Shown one piece after another: positions 51,147-63,558 of a stretch of 64,000 nucleotides of DNA. The notes beneath the pieces were generated by a model. It was not told the origin of the DNA. It did not search any database and saw nothing but the letters and a program-made list of their open reading frames with translations. Made by a program: the position numbers and the translations under genes. Source of the stretch: Nemertoderma westbladi (taxonomy: Eukaryota; Animalia; Xenacoelomorpha); the NCBI GenBank assembly GCA_032718475.1, contig JAUCBJ010008837.1, positions 1 through 64,000 on the forward strand, in the 5' to 3' direction. Numbering within the stretch: position 1 is the first letter of the stretch; each line of letters begins with the position of its first letter.

Positions 51147-52316
51147 TGTTCGCGCTTTTAGACCTTTAGCAGTTTAACCTGCCAAATTTAGGTGTCTTCT
51201 AGGTTATAAATTGACTTTAGCCTATAACAAGTATTTGATACACATAAAACTACATTAGCCGAAGCCAGCCTATGCGCGATCATTCACCCACGGTTAAGGG
51301 AGACTGGATTCGGATGCTCTGACCTTATTGCGGTGTAGGCCTACTGTATTATTCGATTGATCATTAATATATAATCTCTGACAAATATTATTCACTTTCG
51401 GGAAATATTAACAGTTCCTTTAGGACGTGGCGCTCTAAGTATGTAAACAGAGTTATGACTTACACTAAACACAACGGGATGGCTTATGATTTACGTATAA
51501 GGCGCATTCTTTAGGAAATGCTTTTTATCTATCACACTCATGCACACTACCGCACACTGCTGCACACTGATCTGCCGACCTTCACTAATTTTGATCATAT
51601 ATAAGGAGAACAGCAACTGACACATGTAGGTTCTATGAAATAGCATTCAATTCACTCCAAAACCACTATAATCTAAGTCGCAATTGCTATATGTAACCGG
51701 TCTCTCTAACCTTCAGTATATCAAGAAGATTGGGGTTTTCTGATTATTTATCGATATTCTCCAAATATAACAACATTCCATTAACTGATAACAATTAATA
51801 ACCGACAGTAAATAGCAGTAAAATAATGCGGTGAAAGGTATGTATAGTATGGTATGGGCTGACAATATGAGCAGTTTGATAACAGTTATACGTTTCTATG
51901 ATCAAAGCCGTTCTAATGTTTGGCTAAAGTCTGAAACACAGAATAATTCCACAGCCGATGTTCTGGGCTCAGGAAAAAAGGTAAACAAAGACCATAATGC
52001 ATTGCGCGATTTCCCGGAGGCTTCTGTGCAAATAAAATGAAAATCGCTCTGATTGGTCGAGCCGAACAAAGAAAGCTCTGCATGGACATATCAGCTGATA
52101 GATGTCGTCATCTGAACTACACTATATCAAGAGTATTTTGGCGTATTGCGGCATAAAATCGCTAGTTATGTCCGCTAAAGTACACATACAGAAAAATGGC
52201 TTTTTATGTCCACTAAAACACCTACACAGTAAGAAAACGGCTTTTTATGTCCGCTAAAACACCTACAGAGTACTTTGCGGGAAAAATGACTAGCTAGATC
52301 CGCAAAAGCCTTTACA
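51147..52316 (-). repeat. 5' LTR of the BEL/Pao element
   Basis: Direct repeat of 2866-4043, followed by the TSD ACAAT. Confidence 0.92.
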
Positions 52317-52411
52317 ACAATATAGCTTTCCTGATTGACCTCTCAATTATCCCCATCCCAAGTAATTCAGCTTTCAATCTCGTTAAATATCAAATTGCTC
52401 TTCATTCTTTG

Positions 52412-52744
52412 TGTAATGAGGGCCTTCTCCCTCTAACCCGGCTCTAGCACGGCTGCTATATTTGAACTGTCAACCAAACAATACAGCAATAATAAGCATG
52501 ATATTTATTATCAAAGTATAATATTAATAAGCAGAGAATAAGAATATGTGATTCACTTAACTGTATAACAACCTACCGGTCGGCGGTCAACCGCTACCGG
52601 TACAAGCAGTAACCTACTTCGTATGGTACTGCAGTACTGCCTTCCTAGTCCAGTAGTCTGCTAGTCTACAACATAACTACATACAACATAACATAACTGT
52701 ACTCTGTATTCTTGGTACCGATCATACAGTACATTTCTATTACA
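52412..52744 (-). repeat. Probable 3' LTR of the Ty3/Gypsy element
   Basis: TGTAAT...ATTACA terminal inverted repeat. A PPT-like GGGGTGGA is immediately upstream on the minus strand. AATAAA lies on the minus strand near 52505. The partner LTR is outside the window. Confidence 0.6.
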
Positions 52745-53031
52745 TCCACCCCGTTATAAAAAGATCGACCCGATCTTTACAATAATAAAATAAATGAAAT
52801 ACATAATTAAATTAATTCATAAGTCACCAACAACTTTACTTTCAGTTTCGAAAATTCCAATGTTAACTATCAACACCTTAATTATTATAACCAAAGATAA
52901 AAAAAAATACACATATACCCAATTCAACAATTAATAATTGCATCATTATTTAGTTATTATTACATATTGTTATACACCAATTAATGAATTATTCTTACAA
53001 ACAACAAAAAAAAACTAAAAATATTACTAAT

Positions 53032-56000
53032 TTATTTATTATCCCTACAATCTTCACAAAACCGTAATTCTGAATCCGGTTCACCTTCTAACCCAACACA
53101 ATGAAAATGGAACCATTCTAAACAACCATCGCACCCAACCATTGATGGTCCTTCGTCAAACCATGGAATACCGCATATGGGGCACGGTAAAACATCTGTT
53201 TCACCATCAAAAGGTGGATTTTCCGTGCTGCGTGCAGCATCTACTTCACGTCCTAATACTGCGTCAGTCGGTCGTGGAGTAATGGTTTCATTTGTGTGTA
53301 GTGATGGTAAGTAAGGACCTACTCGCAATCTGACGTCATCTCGACTTATCGTTTTCGTTTTAGAATCTCTCATTCCACCAATTTTAACATTCTTTGAGTC
53401 CAATTCTACAACTCTAAATGGTCCAGAAAACTTTGGAGCAAGTTTCCTATCTGTCCCGGTTAAATCACTGTGATGTCTACACCACACGAGATCACCAACT
53501 TTAATTAGTTCGTCACGTACATTCTTATTATAATTTCGTTTCTGTGTCAACTGTGCTCTGCCTATGTATTCCTTCGCCAATTTCCAAATCTCCGTCATCT
53601 GTTCTCCTATTATCTGGGCTCGCTCATCAGGTTTAATGTTATTTGATGTCCTTATAATCAAGTTATCTACGGGACGTCTAGCTTCATAACCATGTAATGT
53701 ATAAAAAGGTGTTTGGTTCGTCAACGTGTGAATTGTATTATTATATGCAAATTGCGTCATTAATAACAATTCGTCCCAATTCCTCGACTTGTGATCTGTC
53801 AATGTCCGTAAGAGTCTAATGACAGTCTGAATAGTCCGTTCAGCCAACCCATCAGCCTGTGGATGGTATGGGACTGTAAATGTCTTCAATGATCTACATC
53901 GTTTCGTAATTTCATCTATTAACGTCGACCTAAAATTCGGTCCTTGATCTGATAATAATAATTCTGGTGCACCAAATCTCAACACAATTCGATTAATAAA
54001 TAACTCGTTCAAATGGGCGATCTACTTGAATAGATTCCATCTCATATTTATTTCGAATATCTCTACACGTAGCACAAATATGACAACTCTTATAAAATTT
54101 ATCAACATTGCTATACATGCCTCTCCAATAATAAAATCGAAGCATTGTATTGTACATCTTGGTGGTCGCAAAATGACCAGCTGAACAATTTTTGTGATAT
54201 GCCTCTAGTAACACTGTCCGTAAACAACGTGGTACAACTGTAAGCAAATCAACTTTAAGTTGCCCTTTTACATGTTGTTTATAATAAAGCACATCATCAT
54301 GTAATTCGTAAAACTGTGCTTCAGCTGTGATACGATAACATTCTTTCTTATTTTCAGGTAAAATACCGTCACTTAAATATATCATTAAAGGTTTGAGTTC
54401 AACATCTTGCAACTGTTTAATTCCTATATCTACCTTTAATGGCACTGTTTCTAGAACATTGATTTCTACACTATCTACACACACCTCTGAATCTACTTCT
54501 CGTTGTATGGTCTCTATGGGACACTTGCCAAATTCTTTATCTGGACAACACAATGGCGCCAATCTACTCATAGCATCAGCGTCTTTGTGTTTTGCACCTG
54601 GGCGATATCTAATTTCACAATTAAATTGTGTTAACCACATCGCCCATCGCGCTAATCTACCTTCTAAATGTTTTGCAGTTAATAAATAAGTTAATGCACT
54701 ATGATCAGTATAAACAATAAATCTGCGTCCATACAAATAAGGACGGAAATGTTTTACAGCCCAAATAATGTTGATACAAGACAATGTTGATGCAAATGAC
54801 TGATACCATAATTTACTTCGCTTCCATGCAACACTCGTGAAGCATATGCCACTGGTTGCGGTTTATTATTACTGTTCAATTGAGCTAAAATTGCTCCTAG
54901 TCCTGTATGACATGCATCTGTGTGTAAATAAAAATCATTATCAAAATCGGGGTGAATCAAACAAGGAGTGTTCGTAAGTGCTTGTTTGATATCAATAAAT
55001 GCACTCTGCTGTGCAGAACCCCACACAAAAGTAGTACTGTTTTTCATTAATTCAGTCATCGGTCGTAATCTATGAGCACAATGTGGTATGTAAATACGGT
55101 AATATGAGGCTAAACCTGTAAAACAACGCACATCCTTTTTACACTTAGGTTCGCTCAAATCTAACAATTTTTGCACAGTTTCAATATCTGGTTGCCTTCC
55201 ATTAATATCTACAGTATGACCCAAATACGTAATTCGAGACATTATAAAATAGCATTTCTTTAACTTCAACTTAATACCAATACGACCTAGGGCTTGCAAT
55301 ACCTCATCTAATCGATGGTTATGCTCAGAAATCGTATAAGCCCATACTAAAATGTCATCTAAATAAACTAAACAAGTAATAAATTGTAACCCTGTTAAAG
55401 CTGTGTCCATCACACGCTGCCATGTCGGGGGCGCGTTTATTAATCCAAACGGCATACGTTTGAATTGATATGACCCTTTGTGAGTTGCAAACGCCGTCTT
55501 ACATCGATCTTGAGGTGCCATCTCTACTGTCCAATACGCCGAATATGCATCTAAAACCGTAAAATACATTCGTTTCGAATCATGCGGGGAAGAACCAATA
55601 CAATCCATTAAATCGTTTATTGACGGAAGGGGATAAACATCTTTCCGAGTTACAGCATTTAATGGTCGATAATCGATGCAAAATCTGAGATTGCCATCCT
55701 TCTTTAACGCAAATACCGTTTGAAACTGCCATGGACTCGCTGCCGGCTCGATAACATCTTGCTCGAGCATTGCGTTTATGTGTTTTTCAACCATGGGCCA
55801 TTGTGACCTTGGTGTCCGAATCCCCTTTATTTGTATGGGTTTACTATTTCCAGTATCTATATGATGTTGGACTCTATGAATACGACCTAAATCAAGATCA
55901 TCCTGAGCAAATATATTTGCGTTGCTATACAACAGCTTCTTCACATTTTCTTTCTCATCTTCAGTTGCTCCACTGTCTATCTGTAACTTTGAGTTAAATT

Positions 56001-57901
56001 CTTCTTCTGTCCATGGTTCTCTGTACTTATTATCTTCCTCGACTGGACATGACATTACATTATAGTCATCTTCATCTTCATCAAGTAAAACTTCATCACC
56101 AGTATTTATGTAATTTACTTCCCCCAATTTTGTATGTTTATTTATTGTCACTGGAACTGACAAAGGATTTAATAATTGAATAGGAATTCGAAAGTGTTCA
56201 TCTGGAATCGATATTGATCGTGCTGCAGCTATGGAGTGTCGTTTAGTAAGTTTGTTAGCCTGTTCAAATAAAACTGCATTATAATTAATTTCAGGCATTG
56301 TGTCAAGTTGCCCTGTAACCAACATTCGACTTCGAGCAGGAATCGTAACTATTTCATTACACCAAACAGTAGCAATTTCGGACTCACCAATTGATCTAGT
56401 TATCATCTCTGCTGGTATTTGTTTACCATCTATGTAAACAGCTATATCATCAGGATTAGTCAAATCCATCATACACCTAAATCCTGCCATTAAATCTAAT
56501 CCAATCAAAATGTCATATTTACAATATGAGTCAAGTAATAGATCAACTTCATGAGTTATATCACCTAATTTCAATGGAACTGTAACCACACCTGCAATGT
56601 CTAAAGGATGACCTGAAGCAGACTTTGGTGCAAAGGGTGGTTGCCCCATCTTAAATTTACTCTTCTTTTTCTTCTGTAACTTATAAAGTACTGATTTCTG
56701 CATTAGTGAAATTTCACTTCTACTGTCTATTAGAGCTTTGAATGTATTTCCTTGTATTTCGATAGAAACTACAGCCCGTCTGAGATATTGCCCAGCGAAT
56801 CTACTTCCATTAGCTTTACTGTTATCAACCGAAATTCTGGCAGAATCTGCCTCTGTTGCTTTGATTTGTTCTTCCTTAATTTCACGGAAATCATCTTTAT
56901 GTATTTTCAAATCATCCTGACCAACTTGAACTAAATTACATTTCACATGTTTATTATCCGTACTATTAACATTACTAAATGAATTTCTATTTGTATCTCT
57001 CAGTTTAGTATCATCACTGCTACTATTTTTCCATTTTCCTTGTGTACAATCTTTAGCTTTATGGCCTGTTTTCTGGCATTTATAACATAATGTAGGTGCT
57101 CTACAATCTTTAATTTGGTGGTTAGTTCTTCCACAATTATAGCAAGCATTATTATTTTGTGACACTGACTGCATTCTTGGGTATTGAACATCTAATTCAT
57201 ATGCCTGTTGTAATAAATCTTTCCAAGAAGATCCAACATTAATTCGTCGCCAACCTCTTAAACGCCCACTTATTTCATTTCGCACATTTCCAGCAAACAA
57301 ATCTTGGAAAATTTCTTGTTCACCATCACCACTATGATCCTCACGTCGCCGCCGAACTGCAATCATAAAACGCTCTACAAATTCTGGTATTGTTTCATTT
57401 AAACCTTGCTTACATTGTGCAATGTCTGCTACCAGAACAACATTGGTACAACATTACGTTTATGATCTCCTAAAATTTGAATAATAGCCCTCTTCATACT
57501 TTCATAATCTATTCTATCTCTGGGTTCTAAAGTTTCATCTAACATTGAATGTAATCTACCTATTTTAACTAGAAGTCTATTCTTTCTTTCTTCCATTGGT
57601 ACTTGCGAATCTATCATTATTCGCTCATAATATTCACTAAACCAATCCTGGATGCTCATCTTTTTAGGATCAAAAGGAGGTATTTGCTCTGTTAACTTCG
57701 TAGAACGACTTGCCAAAGAACCCGTTGGTGCCTCATCTGATCCAGGACCACCATCATCTCGACGACTTCTCGACAAGTTTAGCATCTGCTCATCTCTAGC
57801 ATCAGCTCGTCTGCATCTATCCTCCTCTCATTGATGAATTTCTGCCATCATTGTAGAGAACATTTGATTTTGTTGCGTCATCATAGAATTAAACATTCGT
57901 A
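53032..57901 (-). pseudogene. Gypsy gag-pol: CCHC knuckles, protease, RT, RNase H, integrase with a C-terminal PHD finger; frameshifts
   Basis: CYNCGRTNHQIKDC, ALIDS, RFCIDYR, MPFGL, YLDD, LHTDAC, YTDHSAL, SDQGPNF, YHPQADGLAER, GPFRV, then CPIC...MVGCDGCLEWFHFHCVG...FCEDC. Confidence 0.92.
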
Positions 57902-58924
57902 AGTAGTAGGGTCTTGGCCGGCTCTGCGACAGTTAGACCTAACTGACACCCATTGGGTGTCATATGACACCCAATTATCACCCTATGGGTGTCATTGGGT
58001 GTCATTGGCGCCAGACTGTCTGGGTGACACCTCCCAATTAGGCTAATTAGACCCTAATTGACAGGTGTCATCAATTAATTAGTACAATTAAACCCTAACA
58101 GGTGTCATATGACTCCTAATTAGGGTTTATTTGATTATCCTAATTAATCAGACTGATTAGCGCCCTGACACACAATGGGTCATCAGTGATGTCTAACTGT
58201 CGCAGAGCCGGCTCAAGAGGGTGTCATAAGTGACACCGCAGCTCTTTTATTCATTAATACTTATTTATTTATATTTAATTTTAATTAATTGTATTCTATT
58301 TTACTTTATTTTATATTAATTATTCATTTGTACTTTATGGGTATACAGCTCCCTTACTGGTAACTAATTACTCTTATCTATATCCAGACAGCTTTATCGT
58401 TGACCTTTGACCTTTGACCCCCCAATTAGCTTTAACCAAGCAACAGCATATTAATGATAGTTGTATCCAAGCGCCCCTGCCCCCCCACCCCGTGACAGCT
58501 CTGATTACTAATTACTCTTACATATATCCAACCGCCTGCAGTTCCATAGTCTGCCGCTAGAGGGCGTATTATCTGAAAATTAACATCTTCTCTAACTTTG
58601 TTATTTTCAATTTAACTATTTATTTATATTTAATTTTAATTAATTAATTGTACTTTATTTTACTTTATTTATTCATTTGTAGTTTATTTTAAATTAATTA
58701 ATTGTATTCTATTTTACTTTATATAATGATTTCTATTTTTAGATGAATTTGGTTTTAAATTGCCAATGAGATCACTATGACATAATGTCTATTTTTAGCT
58801 CTATGGTTTATAGATCCCTTATCGTTAACTTTATAATCTTTCCTCTCGTGGCCCCTTTGTCTTCGTTATTCAATGGCGCCATTCTGTCTACCATTGAATA
58901 ACATTGGGCAATCATTATCTCGCC

Positions 58925-59030
58925 TGATGTGACGTCATCAAAGCTGCTCTCTGATTGGTTTAATTATACAGTCTTTTCTCCCTCCTGTTCCCTGATTGGC
59001 TAACCCATTCTAGCCCCCTCTATAATAGCC
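58925..59030 (+). promoter_or_regulatory. Pol II-type promoter of the PC4-like gene: CRE, two CCAAT boxes, TATA-like
   Basis: TGACGTCA at 58930, CTGATTGG at 58951 and 58992, TATAAT at 59021; conserved in copy 1 at ~25935-26035. Confidence 0.6.
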
Positions 59031-59146
59031 CCCGTTCACCACATTCCCAATCATTGTCTCTTTGTTTTCCTGAAAAGTTTTAATTATTTTCGTAAAAGTA
59101 TTTATTTATTTTTATTTCCTAAACGAGTTACCGGTACACAATCACG

Positions 59147-60838
59147 ATGGCACATTCAGAAATCAGCTATTCAAGCAACGATCTGGTTTGCAACGAAAAT
59201 CAGTTTATGCTACAAGACAACTCGTTTGGTCTATATTTCGATTCGGCGAACAAACTCTTCCCGTTAACGATAAATACAACCTTAAACCAACCCATCCCGA
59301 TTCCGGCAAACTACGCGCACTTTATTTTCCGCGCCTGCTACGAACTTCACGATGGACAATATCAAACCCTCGACGATAATAAACTTCATTCCTCCAACCA
59401 CGGTTTCAAACTTTTAAAAAGGGACAACAAAATCACGTTCAATCTAACTACTTCGCCCGAGACGTTTACGATTCCAACTAGTATAGTCGATTTTATTCGA
59501 GAAAACATCAACCAAGATGTGGCAAATCGTCTACTGGGTTTAACCACCCTCGTAACCTCCTTCTTCTCCGATGATCGCTTATTTGATTTTCATAGTATCG
59601 CAAACTCGATTCTTCTTCTCATCTGGAACTCGTCGACTCCGACCGAGGAAGAGGAGACTCGTTTCTTTAAACTTTTCGACAAGGATGTTCTCACTTTCGG
59701 CGAGAAATTGAATGAGCTCACATGCTTTTTCGCCAATAAAGTCTCCTATTACTTTGGATTCAATTATAGAGTTGGCACCTATGGAAGTATTAACCCAGTG
59801 AATCCACTCGAGTTAATAAAGCTGGAAGACACTGTAAACAGTTCATGGATCACATTTTCCGTCACCTGCGCCAATTTATTTCAACAATATGTAAACATCT
59901 GTCGCCCTTTTATTAATCCTACTACTCACCTTGTCCTAAAACCGGGAATTTGGGTTGCTTTTGACTATTGCACTTTTGGGTTTGTTACAAATATTCGGAA
60001 CGAGCGCAATTTAGCGATCACCAATGGCTACGAGGTTGACGATGGAAAGGCTATTGTTTCTTCTAGGGGCATGATTCTTCTTACACCAACCGAGGTCGGC
60101 GAATTGAAATGGTTCGATTCAACCGTCGAGGATAGTGAATGTGTCTGCTACGATGAACTTAACGTATACAAAGACAACATTTCCGAGCGAATATCGATAC
60201 AAAGTTGTATCAGCGATTCAGAAATTGATTTACAGATAACCGAGAGAAAATTTAACGAATCCTTTACTATAGCTAACACGATTCAAGCGCGCGAGGCTCT
60301 AATCAGATTCAAGGCTATGGCTATACAATTTGCTTTCAAACCAAAGCAGATTACGATCCCCAATCACCAACGCTATCTCATAAATAGCAGTATCGCAGCC
60401 TTTATCTATAAGTTCAAATCCGAAAAATATGTTGGTATCTGGCCCATTTTAATGAAAGACGAAGAGAATACCACTTTTCAGTTCACCAACGGTCTCAATA
60501 TTAGGGGCAGCGATTTTCTCGCGATAAATATAACCAACCCACCCAACTCTCACTACTATCTCAGTCCTTACATTCATATCGAGAACAAACCAGCAGAAAT
60601 TATATTCACCAATACGAAAAATACCAACACTATCACCCTATCCAACGACTTTACCATCGCGCGCCTTTTCAAATTACTAAAACGTTCTCTCAGAGAAGGC
60701 ATATTTCTCCCGCAGCAAACACACCTTAATCTATTTCACCCCCCAAGAAAAGGTTATCTCAACAAACTATTAAAGAGAAAATTATCGCAACCATTAATAG
60801 TATCGGACCCTAAAAGGGTTAAACCAGTTATTCTCTGA
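59147..60838 (+). CDS. Intact multi-PC4-like protein (563 aa)
   Basis: Long intact ORF; PC4-like segments FGFVTNI...RGMILLT and IYKFKSEKYVGIW...NGLNI; basic NLS-like tail PKRVK. Confidence 0.7.
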   Translation: MAHSEISYSSNDLVCNENQFMLQDNSFGLYFDSANKLFPLTINTTLNQPIPIPANYAHFIFRACYELHDGQYQTLDDNKLHSSNHGFKLLKRDNKITFNLTTSPETFTIPTSIVDFIRENINQDVANRLLGLTTLVTSFFSDDRLFDFHSIANSILLLIWNSSTPTEEEETRFFKLFDKDVLTFGEKLNELTCFFANKVSYYFGFNYRVGTYGSINPVNPLELIKLEDTVNSSWITFSVTCANLFQQYVNICRPFINPTTHLVLKPGIWVAFDYCTFGFVTNIRNERNLAITNGYEVDDGKAIVSSRGMILLTPTEVGELKWFDSTVEDSECVCYDELNVYKDNISERISIQSCISDSEIDLQITERKFNESFTIANTIQAREALIRFKAMAIQFAFKPKQITIPNHQRYLINSSIAAFIYKFKSEKYVGIWPILMKDEENTTFQFTNGLNIRGSDFLAINITNPPNSHYYLSPYIHIENKPAEIIFTNTKNTNTITLSNDFTIARLFKLLKRSLREGIFLPQQTHLNLFHPPRKGYLNKLLKRKLSQPLIVSDPKRVKPVIL

Positions 60839-63132
60839 GACCAGCAACCCTATTAATATAAACAGTCTCTATTTAATAAAAACTGTTCTCACTATATCTT
60901 TTGTTATTGTCGATGTTCTTATATTATTTATTTTCAATGTTGTTGGTAAATTATTTATCTGTTGTTATATTATTTAATATTGATGTTGTCGGTAAATTAT
61001 TTATTCTTGTTTCCCCATATTGTTTAAAAAATATAAGATGCTTAACCGGCTATTTTTCATTTTTCTCTACTAGTTAATCTATTCTATGAGAGCGAGCCAT
61101 GAAGTAAGTGAGTCTCAGCATACCATTAATGACCCCTACTGCTTCTTCGTAATCAATTTGAATGTTAACCCCTAAATAAACAGCCAATCCCTATGAATTC
61201 TTTACAAACTCGATATGCAAGTTGTTTATCAGAGCTGATTTTAATTAAAATATATTATTTAGCGATTTTCGTGATTAATGCTATAAATTATATTCACCAA
61301 AATGAAAATATCCACCCTATTACTCTATCCATCAAGCGATGCTTTGTATGTATTGATGGCGAGCAAAGTTTTCAGGGCGACCACCTCTAGGCTGTAAGTA
61401 CGCTGTTCTGTCCTATCATAGACACTCTGTCTTTTAGATGCTTCACTGTTAATATTAAGCCGTTAGCCATGGCGCCGCTGATAAGCCGCGAGGATATTCA
61501 AAGGCTTTGGTTTGATTGTTCGTACTATGGATAGTTCAATGAAATCATGAAAGGGAGGGCCGCATGGGGTTGAAAGTGATAGCCCCTCATCCTTATTTTC
61601 CCGAGAAATTCTTAAAGGCGACTATGAATAGAACAATGAAACATTAAAGGGAGGACCGCATATGATGGGAATGATAGCCTTTCAACTGCCTTTGCCCAGA
61701 TTTGTGTAAGTTCGAGGGAGGATGTAGAGGAAAATATACTCGTAGCTTTAATGCCCCATTTGATTAAAGTAGAGCAAATTTAGCTTTCACCTAAGGGTTA
61801 TCACTCCTTGCAACTGCAAAATTTAAAATTCTATCTATGATGTATTCACTATATTTCGTTTGCTGACATTATTTCATCGCGAAATTAAAAGCATCTGCTA
61901 TCACTATTATTATAGTATATTATCTAAACTAGTGACACCGAGTTGGAACAGATAGGATAATTGCACTTTGTTATGTTTTAGTTTAGTAGCTTTAATCATA
62001 ATACTACCAGGCTATAAAATGTTGTATAAATATCGGGGGGAGGGTCATAATGACCCCGGTCGAGGTGGGGAATCGAATCTATGACAATCTGTATATCCTA
62101 TTTTGTGTTTACTTTTTATATTTTCCACGAAGCGAGGGCAAAAATTTAAATTTCCTGAAAATTTCTGAGTCTCAGCACACCATTAATGATCCCTATGCCT
62201 TTTTCGTAGTCAATTTGAATGATAATCCCTAAATCCCTATATTTTTCATAAAAACCCTCAAAACTTTACAAATTTTGAAAAATCGGCTAATATAAAATGC
62301 CCCATAGTTTCAATAAAAATGGTACTCGAAATGTGAATACAATGCTTCCACTTCATCAAGGTGAAACCTTAACGAAAACTATCCTGATCCACACTCGATT
62401 TGTAAATACATTGCATCCACTTTTACCCAGATGGAGCATTTGTATTGTATTTAAGATTTATTTTCATGAGTCACATAATAACCCCAATACTACCGGCCTA
62501 TAAAATATTGTATAAATATTGGGGGGAGGGTCATAATGACTCTGGTCGAGATAGGGAATCAAATCTATGACAATCTGTATATCCTATTTTGTGTTTACTT
62601 TTTATTTTTTCCGTGAAGCGACCAAAATTTAAAATTCCTGAAAATTTCGCGGATAGAGAATATAAATATAATTGGTGAGCATAGTGCTACGCGAAGGCTC
62701 CATGGCAGATGTATTTTAGCTATGGACTCGTATATCCATTCTACTCTACTATAGCCAGACTGTCTTCGAGGTGCCCCGTTAGCCTTGGCGCCGCTAAATC
62801 TGCATGAGGGTCGGCCGGCAAGCGAGATATCTCTATTGCTAATAAGCTTGAGGGCCCAAATAAGGCTAACATTCATATGCTATATCCCATAGTTATTACC
62901 GATATATAATTACTACTGGCTCCTAACGACTTATCACTGGGAGCCCTTTAATTAAAGCCGCCGCTCGTTGAAACTGTTGCGTTGCTCCCTCTGCGCTGAT
63001 GCTATATAAACCGAGACGGGGCCTTCATTCGTCACCAGTTTTGAGTTCGAAAAATTTTATGTGATTTATTCTACATTTTAAACTTTTGCGTTTACAATTT
63101 TAAACTTGTTAATTTACCAATTAATCAATACC

Positions 63133-63558
63133 ATGGATTCCACCTCCAACACCCAGCTAGCTGCCCCCGTGGCATCGGTCTCCATCACCACCACAGCTAC
63201 ATCCATCACCACTGCTTCCAACGCTATCAACACAACCATGACCAGAAGCGTTGGTACACAGACCATGGAGAGCAGGTCGGAAGCGGCCACTCCCTATGGC
63301 CGTTTTATGAGGGATCAGGAAGAGGAGATGGCCTGGGAGGAGGATTTGGTTAATCGAGAGCTCGAGATTCGAGCATTGGAGGAAGCGCGTGTGGAAGGGC
63401 TTCGGACCTCCTCCAACTGGTACGACCAGTATTTGTACCAGGAATATGTTCTGAAAGAGAAAGCAGCGGCTGAGGAACAGCGTTTCCTTCACCCTTTTCC
63501 CCAGGAAAACTGGGAGGAAACAGAGGATTTTAGGGAGGAACCATGGTGTAAGTTTTAA
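63133..63558 (+). CDS. Hypothetical protein (Thr-rich N-terminus, acidic helical C-terminus)
   Basis: GC-richer ORF from ATG 63133; TATATAAA at 63003 upstream and AATAAA at ~63592 downstream. Confidence 0.6.
   Translation: MDSTSNTQLAAPVASVSITTTATSITTASNAINTTMTRSVGTQTMESRSEAATPYGRFMRDQEEEMAWEEDLVNRELEIRALEEARVEGLRTSSNWYDQYLYQEYVLKEKAAAEEQRFLHPFPQENWEETEDFREEPWCKF

Larger units (their letters stand above)
2866..52316 (-). mobile_element. BEL/Pao LTR retrotransposon (about 15.9 kb once the two nested insertions are removed), decayed
   Basis: Two near-identical ~1.17-kb direct repeats with TG...CA ends. The 5-bp TSD ACAAT lies at 2861-2865 and 52317-52321. Gag-PR-RT-RH-IN with BEL signatures lies between the repeats. 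Confidence 0.92.
52412..57901 (-). mobile_element. Ty3/Gypsy LTR retrotransposon, decayed, interrupted in gag at 57902
   Basis: Domain order gag(CCHC x2)-PR-RT-RH-IN. Confidence 0.92.
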
